The notes under the pieces: generated by a model | What the model was told of the DNA's origin: nothing | Databases searched by the model: none | Seen by the model: the letters and a program-made list of their open reading frames with translations, nothing else | NCBI GenBank assembly: GCA_964499205.1 | Contig: CAZCJX010000004.1 | Coordinates: 653 to 64,652 of the forward strand | Direction: 5' to 3' | Length of the DNA stretch: 64,000 nucleotides | Source of the DNA: an uncultured Actinomycetes bacterium | GTDB taxonomy: Bacteria > Chloroflexota > Dormibacteria > Aeolococcales > Aeolococcaceae | Program-made: the position numbers and the translations under genes | Shown: positions 8,590-20,345 of the stretch, piece by piece | How the letters are laid out: each line of letters opens with the position of its first letter | Numbering within the stretch: position 1 is the stretch's first letter

Positions 8590-10239
8590 ATGGCGGGCGG
8601 GGGGCGGCGAGTTCTGGCCGGAGATGGCAGCAAGCTGAGGGCGGCACCGCGCCGCGTCCCGCTCGCCGGCAGCGAGCGGCTGCCCCTGGCGGGCGCGGTG
8701 GCGGTGGGACCAGCCGCCGCCGAGCAGCGCCTCGAGGTCACCCTGCGCCTGCGCCCGCGCGCGCCGCTGCCCGACATGACCGACGTGGGCACCAGCGACG
8801 CCCCGCTCACCCGCCAGCAGCTCGGCGAGCGCCACGGCGCCGAGGTGGCCGACGTCGGCCGGGTCGAGGCCTTCGCCCGCGAGCACTCCCTCGACGTCGT
8901 CGCCGCCCGTCCCGCCCAGCGCGCCGTGGTGCTGGGCGGGAGCACCGCCGCGCTGTCGCGCGCCTTCGGGGTGCGGCTGGAGCGCTGGGAGCACGCCGGC
9001 GGCAGCTACCGCGGACGCGTCGGCCCCCTGCACCTCCCACCTGCGCTGGCCGGCGCCGTCGAGGGCGTGTTCGGCCTCGACGACCGCCCCCAGGCGCAGC
9101 CGCACTTCCGCCGCCGCGCCACACACCCGGTCCGCAAGCATGAGGCAAAGGGCGGCTTCACCCCGCCGCAGGTCGCCCGCCTCTACGGCTTCCCCCACCA
9201 CCTCGACGGTAGCGGCGAGACCCTGGCCCTGCTCGAGGTCAGCGGCGGCTACCGCCGCGACGACCTCGACGCCTACTTCGCCCAGCTGCGCCTGCCCACC
9301 CCGCGCATCGTCGAGGTGTCCGTCGACGGCGCGGCCAACACGCCCGCCGGCGACCCCGACTCCGACGACAGCGAGGTGCTGCTCGACATGGAGGTGGCCG
9401 GCGGCGCGGCGCCGGGGGCGCGACTGGCCGTGTACTGGGCGCCCAACACCGAGCGCGGCTTCATCGATGCGCTCACCGCGGTGGTGCACGACACCACCCT
9501 GGCGCCGTCGGTGCTCAGCATCAGCTGGGGCTCCGCCGAGGGGACCTGGACGCGCCAGGCGATCCACGCCCTCGACGGCCTCTGCCACGCCGCCGCCGCG
9601 GTCGGCGTCACCGTGCTCGCCGCCTCCGGCGACAACGGCTCGCACGACGGGGTCCACGACGGCCGCGCCCACGTCGACTTCCCGGCGTCGAGCCCCTACG
9701 TGCTCGCCTGCGGCGGCACCACCCTGCACCTCCACCGCGACGGCGCCCTCGCCGCCGAGGCGGCATGGAACGACGGCCCCCACCACGGCGCCACCGGGGG
9801 CGGCATCAGCGAGGTCTTCGCCGCCGTGCCGCCTTGGCAGCGGGCTGCCGACCCGCCGCCCTGCGCCAACCCGCCGCACGGCAGCGGCCGCGGCGTCCCC
9901 GACGTCAGCGCCGCCGCCGACCCCGACACCGGCTACTGCGTGCGCGTCGACGGTGTCGACACGGTGCTCGGCGGCACCAGCGCCGTCGCCCCGCTCTGGG
10001 CGGCGCTGATCGCTCGGGCCAACCAGCGCCACGGCCGGCCGCTGGGCTGGGTCACCCCGCTGCTCTACTCACCCGAGGTGGCCGCCACCGCCCTGCGCGA
10101 CGTGTCGACCGGCAGCAATGGCGCCTACCAGGCTCGCCAGGGGTGGGACGCCTGCACCGGGCTGGGCACCCCGCGCGGCGACCGCATCGTCGACGCGCTG
10201 GTCGCGGTCAGGCGGCGAGCGGCTCCGCGGCCAGCTTAG
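8590..10239 (+). CDS. Peptidase S53 (sedolisin/kumamolisin-like) with N-terminal pro-domain.
   Basis: Pro-kumamolisin-like activation region (LTRQQLGERHGAEVADVGRVEAFAREHSLDV). The catalytic region has SGDNGS and the GGTSAVAPLWAALIA serine motif. Its ATG overlaps the stop of the CoA ligase. Confidence 0.85.
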   Translation: MAGGGRRVLAGDGSKLRAAPRRVPLAGSERLPLAGAVAVGPAAAEQRLEVTLRLRPRAPLPDMTDVGTSDAPLTRQQLGERHGAEVADVGRVEAFAREHSLDVVAARPAQRAVVLGGSTAALSRAFGVRLERWEHAGGSYRGRVGPLHLPPALAGAVEGVFGLDDRPQAQPHFRRRATHPVRKHEAKGGFTPPQVARLYGFPHHLDGSGETLALLEVSGGYRRDDLDAYFAQLRLPTPRIVEVSVDGAANTPAGDPDSDDSEVLLDMEVAGGAAPGARLAVYWAPNTERGFIDALTAVVHDTTLAPSVLSISWGSAEGTWTRQAIHALDGLCHAAAAVGVTVLAASGDNGSHDGVHDGRAHVDFPASSPYVLACGGTTLHLHRDGALAAEAAWNDGPHHGATGGGISEVFAAVPPWQRAADPPPCANPPHGSGRGVPDVSAAADPDTGYCVRVDGVDTVLGGTSAVAPLWAALIARANQRHGRPLGWVTPLLYSPEVAATALRDVSTGSNGAYQARQGWDACTGLGTPRGDRIVDALVAVRRRAAPRPA

Positions 10240-11248
10240 GAGCAACCACCGGACCGGCGGCGGGGCCGCTGTCGAGCTTGACCGCCTTGCGGCGGCGCAT
10301 CCAGAGGACGGCGCCGAAGAGGGCGAAGGGCACCATCTGCAAGTCGATCAGCACCGCCAGCGCACCGGCGTGGGCGGAGTTGACGCCGGCGTGGGCGAGC
10401 AGCCCGACCAGCACGCCCTCGCGCAGGCCGAGGCCGTTCATCGAGAAGGGCGCCAGGGTGGCCAGCAGGGTGACCGGGATGGCCACCGCGAACAGGCTCC
10501 AGTCGGCGTGGATGCCCAGCGCCTTGGCGAAGATGGCCAGGGCGCAGAGGTTGATGCCCCAGCCGGCGGCGCCGATGAGCATCGACTGGACGAGCACGCG
10601 GGGCACCCGGCGGTAGGCGCGGAAGGCGCCGGTGAAGGGGTGCAGGCCGTTGGCGATGCGCTTGCGGTAGCGGGAGTCGTGGCCGCGCATGCGGCGGACG
10701 ACGCGGTCGGCGCCCAGTGCCAGCACCCAGGCGACCACCATGGCGACAGCGAAGACGCAGGCGCCGGCCACCCCGGCCGGGCCCAGCCAGGCGCGCAGCA
10801 GGACCGCGCCGGCCACGCCCCAGGCGGCCATGCCCAGGGTGCCGGCCATGCGGCTGCCGGCCAGCGAGGCCAGGGCGTGGCCGTGGCCGGTGACCTTGCC
10901 CACCTCGACGGCGCGCAGCGCGTCACCGCCGACGCCGGCGGGGAGCACCTGGCCGACGAAGAGGCCCTGGAGGTACCAGGAGGAGAGCGACGACCAGGCC
11001 AGGCGGTGGCCGGTGCCGCGCAGCAGCACGCCCCACTCCAGCACCGACGACATCAGGGCCAGCGCGGTCAGCGCCAGTCCCAGCGAGGCCCATCCCACGT
11101 TGGCGTCGGCGAGGCCGCGGGCGGCCTTCTGGACGTCGATGCTGTGCAGGAGGATGGCCACTCCCGCGACGGTGCCGCCGAGGCGGACCAGGGGAGAACG
11201 GAGACCGGCCCGGGTCATCCGGCGAAGCTTGGCTGTCACGTCCTGCAT
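10208..11248 (-). CDS. Polytopic membrane protein, lysylphosphatidylglycerol-synthase-TM / flippase-like (UPF0104) family.
   Basis: Eight or more TM helices, from a positive-inside K/R-loop pattern. Start chosen at the Met (MQDVTAKL) preceded by AGGAAG. The longer ORF start at 11311 would overlap the upstream gene. Confidence 0.7.
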   Translation of the reverse strand: MQDVTAKLRRMTRAGLRSPLVRLGGTVAGVAILLHSIDVQKAARGLADANVGWASLGLALTALALMSSVLEWGVLLRGTGHRLAWSSLSSWYLQGLFVGQVLPAGVGGDALRAVEVGKVTGHGHALASLAGSRMAGTLGMAAWGVAGAVLLRAWLGPAGVAGACVFAVAMVVAWVLALGADRVVRRMRGHDSRYRKRIANGLHPFTGAFRAYRRVPRVLVQSMLIGAAGWGINLCALAIFAKALGIHADWSLFAVAIPVTLLATLAPFSMNGLGLREGVLVGLLAHAGVNSAHAGALAVLIDLQMVPFALFGAVLWMRRRKAVKLDSGPAAGPVVAPKLAAEPLAA

Positions 11249-11303
11249 TCCACTTCCTGGAGATGCCGATGGATCGGCGATTGGCCGGGACGCGGCGCGG
11301 TTG

Positions 11304-12062
11304 TCACCCATCGCAACGTCCCGTCACAACACTGTCTTGCGAGCCCAGCGCGGCGCGCATCTCGACCACCCGGTCGGTGGTCAGCCAGTCGACCCCGCAG
11401 GCCGACATGCGGCGGGCGGCGGAGGCGGAGTTGACCGTCCAGGCGGCCACCGGCAGGTCGAGCCGGCGGGCGGCGGCAACCAGCGCAGGGGTCACCGCCC
11501 AGCGGTCGACGGTGAAGCCGGCGGCGCCCACCGCGGCGGCGAGGCGGTCGAGCCGGGCGGGGAGCAGCGAGCGCAGGGCGCAGGCGGCGATGCGGCGGGC
11601 GCCCTCGCCGCGGCCCGGCGCCACGTGGGGCAGGCTGCGCCAGCGCGGCGCGCGCGGCGCTCGGGCGCGCAGCGTGGTGAGCGCGTCGCGGTCGTCGCTG
11701 CAGACCCACCAGCGGTCGGGGTCGTGGCGCTGGCCCAGCCAGTCGCCCAGGGCGCCGGCGTCGGCGGCGTGCTTGAGGTCGACCAGCACCGGGACGGTGC
11801 CGGTTTGGAGCACCTCGGCGGCCTCGTCGAGGGTGAGCACCTCGGGGTCCTCGCGGCGGACCGCGTCGAGGTCGGCGGTGGCCACGGGGCGGCCGGAGGG
11901 GAGGGTCCGATCGTGCCTCAGGAGGAGGGTCCCTCCGGCCTCGCGGCACACGTCGATCTCGATGCAGTCGACGTGCAGCCGCTCACCGAGGGCGAGCGTC
12001 TGGCGGGTGGGGGACCCGCCGGGCCGGTCTCCCGCGAGACCGGCGTGTCCGATGTAGCGCAC
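11304..12062 (-). CDS. Glycerophosphodiester phosphodiesterase (GDPD) family protein.
   Basis: The N-terminus GHAGLAG...CIEIDVCR...DGTLLLRHD matches the GDPD HR...E...D/H catalytic region. Confidence 0.7.
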   Translation of the reverse strand: MRYIGHAGLAGDRPGGSPTRQTLALGERLHVDCIEIDVCREAGGTLLLRHDRTLPSGRPVATADLDAVRREDPEVLTLDEAAEVLQTGTVPVLVDLKHAADAGALGDWLGQRHDPDRWWVCSDDRDALTTLRARAPRAPRWRSLPHVAPGRGEGARRIAACALRSLLPARLDRLAAAVGAAGFTVDRWAVTPALVAAARRLDLPVAAWTVNSASAARRMSACGVDWLTTDRVVEMRAALGSQDSVVTGRCDG

Positions 12063-12123
12063 CTGCCCGGCATCATCGCAGGCCGGGCTTAAAGGCCGCG
12101 TCGCGCCGAGATCAGAGGTGTGT

Positions 12124-12570
12124 TCAGGCCGGTGAAGCGGGGTTGAGCCGGATGTACCAGCGCATCGTCGCTTCGGTGGCCAGCGCGCCCTCGGCGTCGT
12201 GCAGGGTGACCTGGACGTCGAAGCGGGCGCGACCCTGGGTCTCCAGCTCGGCGCGCACCCGCTCCACCTCCTCCGGGGTGACCACCGCCACCGCCGTGGC
12301 GTCGCCGCGGACGGGGCGCTTGTAGGCGAGCTGGGCGCCCTGGGCCAGGGGCGTGGCGCGACCGAGCAGGTCGAGGAAGGCGCTGCTCACTGCCGCACCG
12401 CTGACCGCCTCGACCAGGCTGAACTGGGCGCCGGCGTGCATGGTGCCGACGTGGTTGCCCACCTCCGGCCGCGACTCCAGCGCGCCGGTGGCGCGTCCCC
12501 CGTCCATCGCCGTGATGCGCACGCCGAGCATCGCGTTGTAGGGCATCTGCTCGATGCCGCCGCGGATCAT
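12124..12570 (-). CDS. Hotdog-fold thioesterase (PaaI/YigI family).
   Basis: Only the C-terminal 149 aa of the 727-aa track ORF look genuine: MIRGGIEQMPYNAMLGVRITAMDGG...GTMHAGAQFSLVEA, typical of the PaaI family. The upstream part of the ORF overlaps the malic enzyme gene in another frame. Confidence 0.75.
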   Translation of the reverse strand: MIRGGIEQMPYNAMLGVRITAMDGGRATGALESRPEVGNHVGTMHAGAQFSLVEAVSGAAVSSAFLDLLGRATPLAQGAQLAYKRPVRGDATAVAVVTPEEVERVRAELETQGRARFDVQVTLHDAEGALATEATMRWYIRLNPASPA

Positions 12571-12710
12571 CTCGGCGACGGACGACTGCTGCTGGACCAC
12601 GCGTGTGCACCTCGTTGCGACGCTCTGCTCACCCCGACCGCGACCATTGTCGCTCGCTGGCCTTGTCGGACTCCCCGCGTTCGTGTGACTGCCGGGCAAC
12701 GGCCGCCGGC

Positions 12711-13946
12711 TCAGGCCACCAGCGGCGAGGCGCTGAGGCGCTGCAGCTCGGTGCGCAGCTCGCCCAGGTCGCGCGGGGAGCGGGCCAGTCCCTCGGCCAT
12801 GGCGGCGTCGGCGACGGCCAGGGCGACGGCGCCGGCGACGCCGGGAGCCAGCGGCGAGGGGACGACGATGCCGCGGCTGAGGTCGGCGACGTCGATGCAC
12901 TCGGCGATGGCCCGCGCCGCGGCGCGCTTCATGCCCTCGCTGATGCGCCGTGCCCGCACGTCGAGGGCGCCGCGGAAGATGCCGGGGAAGGCGAGCACGT
13001 TGTTGATCTGGTTGGGGTAGTCGCTGCGGCCGGTGGCGACGATCGCGGCGCCGCCGGCGCGGGCGTCGTCGGGGAGGATCTCGGGGTTGGGGTTGGCCAT
13101 GGCGAAGACCACGCAGTCCTGGTGCATGGTGCTGACCATTCCCGCGGTGACCAGCCCGGCGCCGCTCAGCCCGATGAAGACGTCGGCGTCGTAGATGGCG
13201 TCGTCGAGCCCGCCGGCGATCTCCCGCGGGTTGGTGCGCTCCGCCATCTCCTGCTTGTGCGGCGGCAGCTCGCCGCGCGAGAGGCTGATGCAGCCGCGCG
13301 AGTCGACCAGCACGATGTCCTCGACGCCGCGGTCGAGCAGGATCTTGGCGCAGGCGATGCCCGCCGCCCCGGCGCCGTTGATGACCACGCGCAGGCTGAG
13401 GATGTCGCGCCCCAGCGCGCGCGCCGCGTTCTCCAGCGCGGCGAGGACGACCACCGCGGTGCCGTGCTGGTCGTCGTGGAAGATGGGGATGTCGCACTCG
13501 GCCTGCAGCCGCTCCTCCAGGGCGAAGCACTTGGGGGCGGCGATGTCCTCGAGGTTGACGCCGCCGAAGGTGGGCACCAGGTTGCGCACGATGGTGGCGA
13601 TGGTCTCGACGTCCTGCGACTCGATGCAGATGGGGAAGGCGTCGATGCCGGCGAAGGTCTTGAAGAGCAGCGCCTTGCCCTCCATCACCGGCATCGCGGC
13701 CCGCGCGCCGATGTTGCCGAGGCCGAGCACCGCGCTGCCGTCGCTGACCACGGCAACCAGGTTGTTGCGCGCGGTGTAGACGTCGACCAGTGACGGGTCG
13801 TCGGCGATGGCCCGGCAAGGGGCGGCGACGTGGGGGGTGTAGGCGAGGCTGAGGTCGCGCGTGTCGTGCAGCGCCACCTTGGGGGAGACGGCGATCTTGC
13901 CCTTGCGGGCGGCGTGGTAGGCGAGCGCGTCGTCCTCGAGACTCAT
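12711..13946 (-). CDS. NAD(P)-dependent malic enzyme (small, MaeB-type without phosphotransacetylase domain).
   Basis: LAYTPHVAAPC, DGSAVLGLGNIG, PVMEGKALLFK and GAGAAGIACAKIL motifs. Start at Met MSLEDDALAYHA (411 aa). The upstream 49 codons of the ORF are low-complexity. Confidence 0.9.
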   Translation of the reverse strand: MSLEDDALAYHAARKGKIAVSPKVALHDTRDLSLAYTPHVAAPCRAIADDPSLVDVYTARNNLVAVVSDGSAVLGLGNIGARAAMPVMEGKALLFKTFAGIDAFPICIESQDVETIATIVRNLVPTFGGVNLEDIAAPKCFALEERLQAECDIPIFHDDQHGTAVVVLAALENAARALGRDILSLRVVINGAGAAGIACAKILLDRGVEDIVLVDSRGCISLSRGELPPHKQEMAERTNPREIAGGLDDAIYDADVFIGLSGAGLVTAGMVSTMHQDCVVFAMANPNPEILPDDARAGGAAIVATGRSDYPNQINNVLAFPGIFRGALDVRARRISEGMKRAAARAIAECIDVADLSRGIVVPSPLAPGVAGAVALAVADAAMAEGLARSPRDLGELRTELQRLSASPLVA

Positions 13947-13996
13947 GGGAACCGAGGAGTGTAGCGGGCGCCCGAACGACCCCGGCGCCGGCCGGC

Positions 13997-15139
13997 TCAG
14001 CTCGGCAGGACGACGAAGGCGAGGTCCACGGGGGTGAGCGGCTGCACAGTGAACTGGTAGGCGGGGCCGTCCTGGCCGACGGTGGTGGTCCAACTGCCCT
14101 GCTCGTAGAGCTCGACCACGTAAGGGCCGCCGACGGGCACGTCGCCGATGGTGAAGTCGCCGCGGCTGTCGGTGGTGGCGTAGTAGTAGGGGCCGCTGGT
14201 CTGGTAGGCGCTGCCCACCTGGTGGAAGTGGCTGCCCAGGCGCACGTCGAGGTGGGCCACCGGGGTGCTGCCGCGCACCACCGTGCCGGTGACCGACTGC
14301 GGGGCACGCAGCAGGGAGCGGGCGGTGCGCGCCTGGCTGGTGTCGCCGAAGTCGGTGACCAGGCGCTGCAGGTCGGTGAGCGCCTGGGCCTGGTCGTGCG
14401 CCTGCAGCGCCTCCTGGCCGGCGGCGAGCAGGGCGCGGGGCAGCAGCGCGTGGGCCTGCGAGGCCTCGGGACCGCTGCCCGCCTGGCGCACCACGTCGTC
14501 GAGGGCGAGCACCGCCTGGGCGGCCTGGCCGCGGTCGAGCAGCATGCCTGCCGCCTTGAGCGCGTAGCCGGGGCGGAGTTGCTCCGCCTGGGCGGCGACG
14601 TCGGCGGGCGGGTCGTTGTCGCGCAGCTGGTCGAGGCGGTGCAGGGCGACGTCCCAGTGGCCGCCCTTGGCCTGCGCCCTGGCGTCGGTCAGCGCGATCT
14701 CGCCGTGGGCGCGCTGCGCGTCGGGCTGGGGGAGGACGACGCCGGGCAGGGTGGCGGCGTTCTCCAGCAGCGCCAGCGCGTCGGCGGCGCGGCCTCGGGC
14801 GGCCAGCCAGCCGGCCCAGAGCACGGCGCTGCGGCCGGCCTCGGCGGGGGCGGCGTCGATGGTGCCGCGGGCGAAGAGCATGAGCACCCCGCCGCGCTGC
14901 TCGACGGCGCGGTCGACGGCGATGGCCTCGTCGAAGTGGCCCTGGCTGCGCAGGTCGGCGACCTGCGACTGGGCGCTGCCCATCGCCGCCATGCCGCCCA
15001 GCTCAAGCCCGGTGAAGCCGAGCACCGGCGCCACCAGCAGGCCGACCACGACCGCCCGCCGGTTGGAGCCGCGCGACGGCGGCGGCGGGGCGGAGACCAC
15101 GACCCGCGAGCTGGTGACGACGGGTGGGTCGGCGGCCAC
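13997..15139 (-). CDS. Hypothetical membrane-anchored protein with helical repeats and a C-terminal beta-sandwich (carboxypeptidase-regulatory-like) domain.
   Basis: One N-terminal TM helix (AVVVGLLVAPVLGFTGL), an Ala/Leu-rich helical repeat region, and a C-terminal VVRGSTPVAHLDVRLG...GDFTIGDVPVGGPYVVEL segment resembling a CarboxypepD_reg fold. Its start is 4 nt after the proC stop. Confidence 0.55.
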   Translation of the reverse strand: MAADPPVVTSSRVVVSAPPPPSRGSNRRAVVVGLLVAPVLGFTGLELGGMAAMGSAQSQVADLRSQGHFDEAIAVDRAVEQRGGVLMLFARGTIDAAPAEAGRSAVLWAGWLAARGRAADALALLENAATLPGVVLPQPDAQRAHGEIALTDARAQAKGGHWDVALHRLDQLRDNDPPADVAAQAEQLRPGYALKAAGMLLDRGQAAQAVLALDDVVRQAGSGPEASQAHALLPRALLAAGQEALQAHDQAQALTDLQRLVTDFGDTSQARTARSLLRAPQSVTGTVVRGSTPVAHLDVRLGSHFHQVGSAYQTSGPYYYATTDSRGDFTIGDVPVGGPYVVELYEQGSWTTTVGQDGPAYQFTVQPLTPVDLAFVVLPS

Positions 15140-15143
15140 CTGC

Positions 15144-16037
15144 TCAGCGCTCCCGCCTGGGTCGGGGAGCGGCGGCGCCCTCGTCGCCCTCCAGCTGGGC
15201 CTCGATCTGCACGGTGCGCTCGAAGGCGGCCCACACCGCGTCGCTCACCACGGTGCGCAGCTTGCCCCGCTCCAGCTCGTACATCGCTGCCGCCGTGGTG
15301 CCGCCCGGCGAGGTCACCATGTCGCGCAGCTCGGCGATGTGCAGCCCGCTCTGCAGCGCGAAGGCCGCCGACCCCTGCATGGTGTCGAGCACCAGCTCGC
15401 GGGCGAGGTGGCGGGGGAAGCCGAGGTGCACCGCGGCGTCGACCAGCGCCTCGATGAACAGGAAGATGTAGCTCGGCCCGGTGCCGCTGACCGCGGTGGC
15501 CATGGCCACCTGGCGCTCGTGGTGCACCTCGAACTCGCGGCCCAGCGCGCTGAGCATGCCGCGGGTGCGCGCCTTGCCCTCCTCGGTCACCGATTCGGTG
15601 GCGTACCAGACGGTGACGCCCTGGGCGATCTGCGCCGGCGTGTTGGGCATGGCGCGGACCACCGCGGGATGGTCGAGGCCGGCGCCGAGGGCGTGGGTGC
15701 TGGCGCCGGCGACCACGCTGACCACCAGCTGCTGCGGGGTGAGCACGCCGCGCAGCTCGGGCATCACCTCGGGGAGCACCTGCGGCTTGACCGCCAGCAG
15801 CACCACGTCGGCGCCGCGCGCCGCCTCGGCGTTGTCGTCGGTGACGGTGACGGCGTGGGCCTGCCGGAGCGCCTGGCGGCGTTCCTCGCGGGGGTGCGAG
15901 CAGGTCACCTGCTGCGGCTCGACCAGCCCCTCGCGGAGCAGGCCGGCGAGCATGCTCTCGGCCATCACGCCGGTGCCGACGATGCCGACGCGCGCGTCGC
16001 GCAGGGGATTGGTGCCCACGGGGCCGCAGCGTGCCAT
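15144..16037 (-). CDS. proC: Pyrroline-5-carboxylate reductase.
   Basis: Rossmann GxGxxA (VGIVGTGVMAE). The central motif and C-terminal dimerisation domain (MVTSPGGTTAAAM) are diagnostic of ProC. Confidence 0.9.
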   Translation of the reverse strand: MARCGPVGTNPLRDARVGIVGTGVMAESMLAGLLREGLVEPQQVTCSHPREERRQALRQAHAVTVTDDNAEAARGADVVLLAVKPQVLPEVMPELRGVLTPQQLVVSVVAGASTHALGAGLDHPAVVRAMPNTPAQIAQGVTVWYATESVTEEGKARTRGMLSALGREFEVHHERQVAMATAVSGTGPSYIFLFIEALVDAAVHLGFPRHLARELVLDTMQGSAAFALQSGLHIAELRDMVTSPGGTTAAAMYELERGKLRTVVSDAVWAAFERTVQIEAQLEGDEGAAAPRPRRER

Positions 16038-16074
16038 ATGGCGCGTGCTGCGCGCTCTCGCGCGCGCCCGCAGG

Positions 16075-17001
16075 CTAGGCGCCGAAGAGGTTGCCGGGCA
16101 GGCCGGGCGCGTTGGGATCGACGGCCGGCTTGCTGACGGTGATCTTGGCGCCGTAGTCGCTGAAGCGGTCGGTGCCGTTGATCTTCATCAGCATCGAGCC
16201 GCTGATGCTGCCGAGCTGGCTGCCGGTGCCCAGCTTGCCGCCGTACTGCTGCATCAGCAGCGACATGAACTTGCCCATGTCGATGGCCATGGTCATGTCG
16301 GTGACGACCGCCTCGACGCGCCCGTCGACGTCGCGGACGTAGACGTCGAGCCCGCCATCCTTGACGGTGAACACGTCCTTGAGCAGCTGGGTGATCTGCT
16401 GGATCGCCGAGGCGCCGGAGCCGGAGCCGGTGATCTTGTCGAGCTGGTCCTGGATGTAGTTGGCGCCGAAGTTGGCATGGAGGTGCTCGACGCGCTGGCC
16501 GTCGTGGACGGTGGCGCCGAGGTCCTTGACGTCGACGGCGCCGGTGAGCAGCCGCTTGATGTCGCTGGGCGAGGCGTTGACGCCCTCCAGGTTGAGCGAC
16601 CCGGCGTCGGCGTACTTGCCGTCGTTGTTCATCGAGATGTAGTAGTGCCCGTCGTAGAGGACCACGGCCATCTGCTTCTTCTCGCCCGCGACGGAGATGC
16701 TCATGGTCATGCCGACCCGCTGCGGGTCCTGGACCTCGCCCTTGCCGTCCATGCTGAAGTTCTTCATGGCGCTGGTCATGGCGTCGAGCATGGTGGCGGG
16801 CATGCCCTGCACGCCGCTGGCGTCGACCGACATGTCGGCGGTCATGGCCATGCGGTAGGACTCACCGGTGACCTTGGTGCTGGCCAGCTGGATGATCTGC
16901 TCTGGCGTCTTTCCCTGCAGCACGCTGGTGGCGCCGCCGCAGGCGGTGGCGAGGAGGGCGGCGCTGAGGCCGCCGAGGGCGAGCTTGGCCAGGTGGCGCA
17001 T
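16075..17001 (-). CDS. Lipoprotein of unknown function.
   Basis: Lipobox LLATAC after a Met (MRHLAKLALGGLSAALLATACGG). The mature part is Met/Gly/Asp-rich. Start chosen at the Met preceding the signal peptide. The ORF extends further upstream. Confidence 0.7.
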   Translation of the reverse strand: MRHLAKLALGGLSAALLATACGGATSVLQGKTPEQIIQLASTKVTGESYRMAMTADMSVDASGVQGMPATMLDAMTSAMKNFSMDGKGEVQDPQRVGMTMSISVAGEKKQMAVVLYDGHYYISMNNDGKYADAGSLNLEGVNASPSDIKRLLTGAVDVKDLGATVHDGQRVEHLHANFGANYIQDQLDKITGSGSGASAIQQITQLLKDVFTVKDGGLDVYVRDVDGRVEAVVTDMTMAIDMGKFMSLLMQQYGGKLGTGSQLGSISGSMLMKINGTDRFSDYGAKITVSKPAVDPNAPGLPGNLFGA

Positions 17002-17148
17002 GGGAAGAGGTGTCTCCATAGGGTGGGAGTCCGGGGGTGTCCGCGGGTGAACCATACATCGCTCCCGGCGCAGTGAACGGGTGGGTTGCTGCTGCAACGG
17101 TGACGAATCGGTATCGGGCGGCCGCGCCAGCCGCTACGCTGCGGCCTG

Positions 17149-18677
17149 ATGGTCGTGCTCGACGGGTCCCCGCTGGCGGTGGCCGACGTGGTCGCGGTGG
17201 CCCGGCACGGCGAGGCGGTCACGCTCAGCGACGCGGCCCGCGAGCGGATGGCCCCGGCCCGCGCGCTGGTCGACCGGCTCGACGCCTCCGACGACGTGGT
17301 CTACGGGGTCACCACCGGGTTCGGCGCGCTGGCCGACCGGGCCATCTCCGCCGCCGATCGCGTCACCCTGCAGCGCGCCGTGGTGCGCAGCCACGCCGCG
17401 GGGGCGGGACCGGCGCTGCCCGCGGAGGTGGTGCGCGGCATGCTGCTGCTGCGGGCACGCACGCTGTGCGCGGGGTATTCGGGGGTGCGCGCCGAGCTGG
17501 TCGAGGCGATGCTGGCGCTGCTGCGCAGCGGGGTGGTGCCGTGGGTGCCGGAGCACGGGTCGCTGGGGGCGTCGGGCGACCTGGCGCCGCTGGCCCACGC
17601 CGCCGCCTGCCTGCTCGGCGAGGGGTGGGCGATGGGCCCGAACGGTGCGCCGGTCGAGGCCATGCAGGCGCTGCACGCGCACGGGCTGGCACCCGCGACC
17701 GTGGGCGTGAAGGAGGGGCTGGCGCTGATCAACGGCAGCGACGCCATGGCGGCGACGCTGGCGCTGGCGGTGTTCGACGTCGCCGAGCTGCTCACCGTGG
17801 CCGACTGCTCCTGCGCCATGAGCGTCGAGGCGCTGCTGGGCACGGAGCGCGCCTTCGACGCCGACGTGGTGGCGCTGCGGCCGTCACCGGGGCAGCGCGA
17901 CTCGGCGGCCAACCTGCGCGCCCTGCTGCGTGACAGTCCCATGGTGGCGTCGCATCGCGCCTCGCACCACGCGGTGCAGGACGCCTACTCGCTGCGCTGC
18001 GCGCCGCAGGTGCACGGCGCGGCGCGCGACGTGCTGGGCTTCGCCCGCAGCGTGGTCGAGCGCGAATTGGCCAGTGTTGTCGACAACCCGCTGGTCATGG
18101 TGGAGCGCGGCGAGGTGGTGAGCAGCGGCAACTTCCACGCCCAGGCGCTGGGCTACGCGGCCGACATGCTGGCCTCGGTGTGCGCCGACGTCGCCTCGAT
18201 CAGCGAGCGGCGCGTCGACCGGCTGGTCGACCCGGCCCGGTCGCGCGGGCTGCCGGCGTTCCTCACCCGCAACCCCGGCGTCAACAGCGGGCTGATGATC
18301 GCCCAGTACACCGCGGCCGCCTGCGTCACCGCGCTGCGCGCCGCGGCGGCGCCGATCGCGGTGCAGAGCGTGCCGGTCAGCGCCGGGCAGGAGGACCACG
18401 TCTCGATGGGCTTCACCGCGGCGATGCGGACCCGGCGATCGGTCGAGGACCTGCGGCGCGTGCTCGCCGTCGAGGCGATGTGCGCGGCGCAGGCGCTGGA
18501 ATTGCGCGCACCGCTGCGGCCCGCCCCCGCCACCGGCGCGCTGCTGCGCTCGCTGCGCACCCGGGTGCCGGCGCTGGAGGAGGACCGCGTCCTCGCCGGC
18601 GACCTGCGGGCGGCCGAGGAGTGGCTGCGTGACGGGGCGTGGCGCGCGGCGGCGGGCGAGGTGGTGGAGGCGCTGGC

Positions 18678-18681
<4 letters not shown>
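17149..18681 (+). CDS. hutH: Histidine ammonia-lyase.
   Basis: MIO-forming ASG in [14 protein letters not shown], and a full-length HAL fold. It is the first gene of an overlapping hut operon. Confidence 0.95.

Positions 18682-20341
<1,660 letters not shown>

Positions 20342-20345
<4 letters not shown>

Noticed and set aside
6273-8945. 890-aa minus-strand ORF.
   Set aside because: It is antisense to the well-supported AMP-dependent CoA ligase. No motifs, and low-complexity composition.
12124-14307. 727-aa ORF on the minus strand.
   Set aside because: It is a read-through artefact. Only its last 149 codons (thioesterase) look genuine. The upstream part is Arg/Pro-rich and overlaps the malic enzyme gene in another frame.
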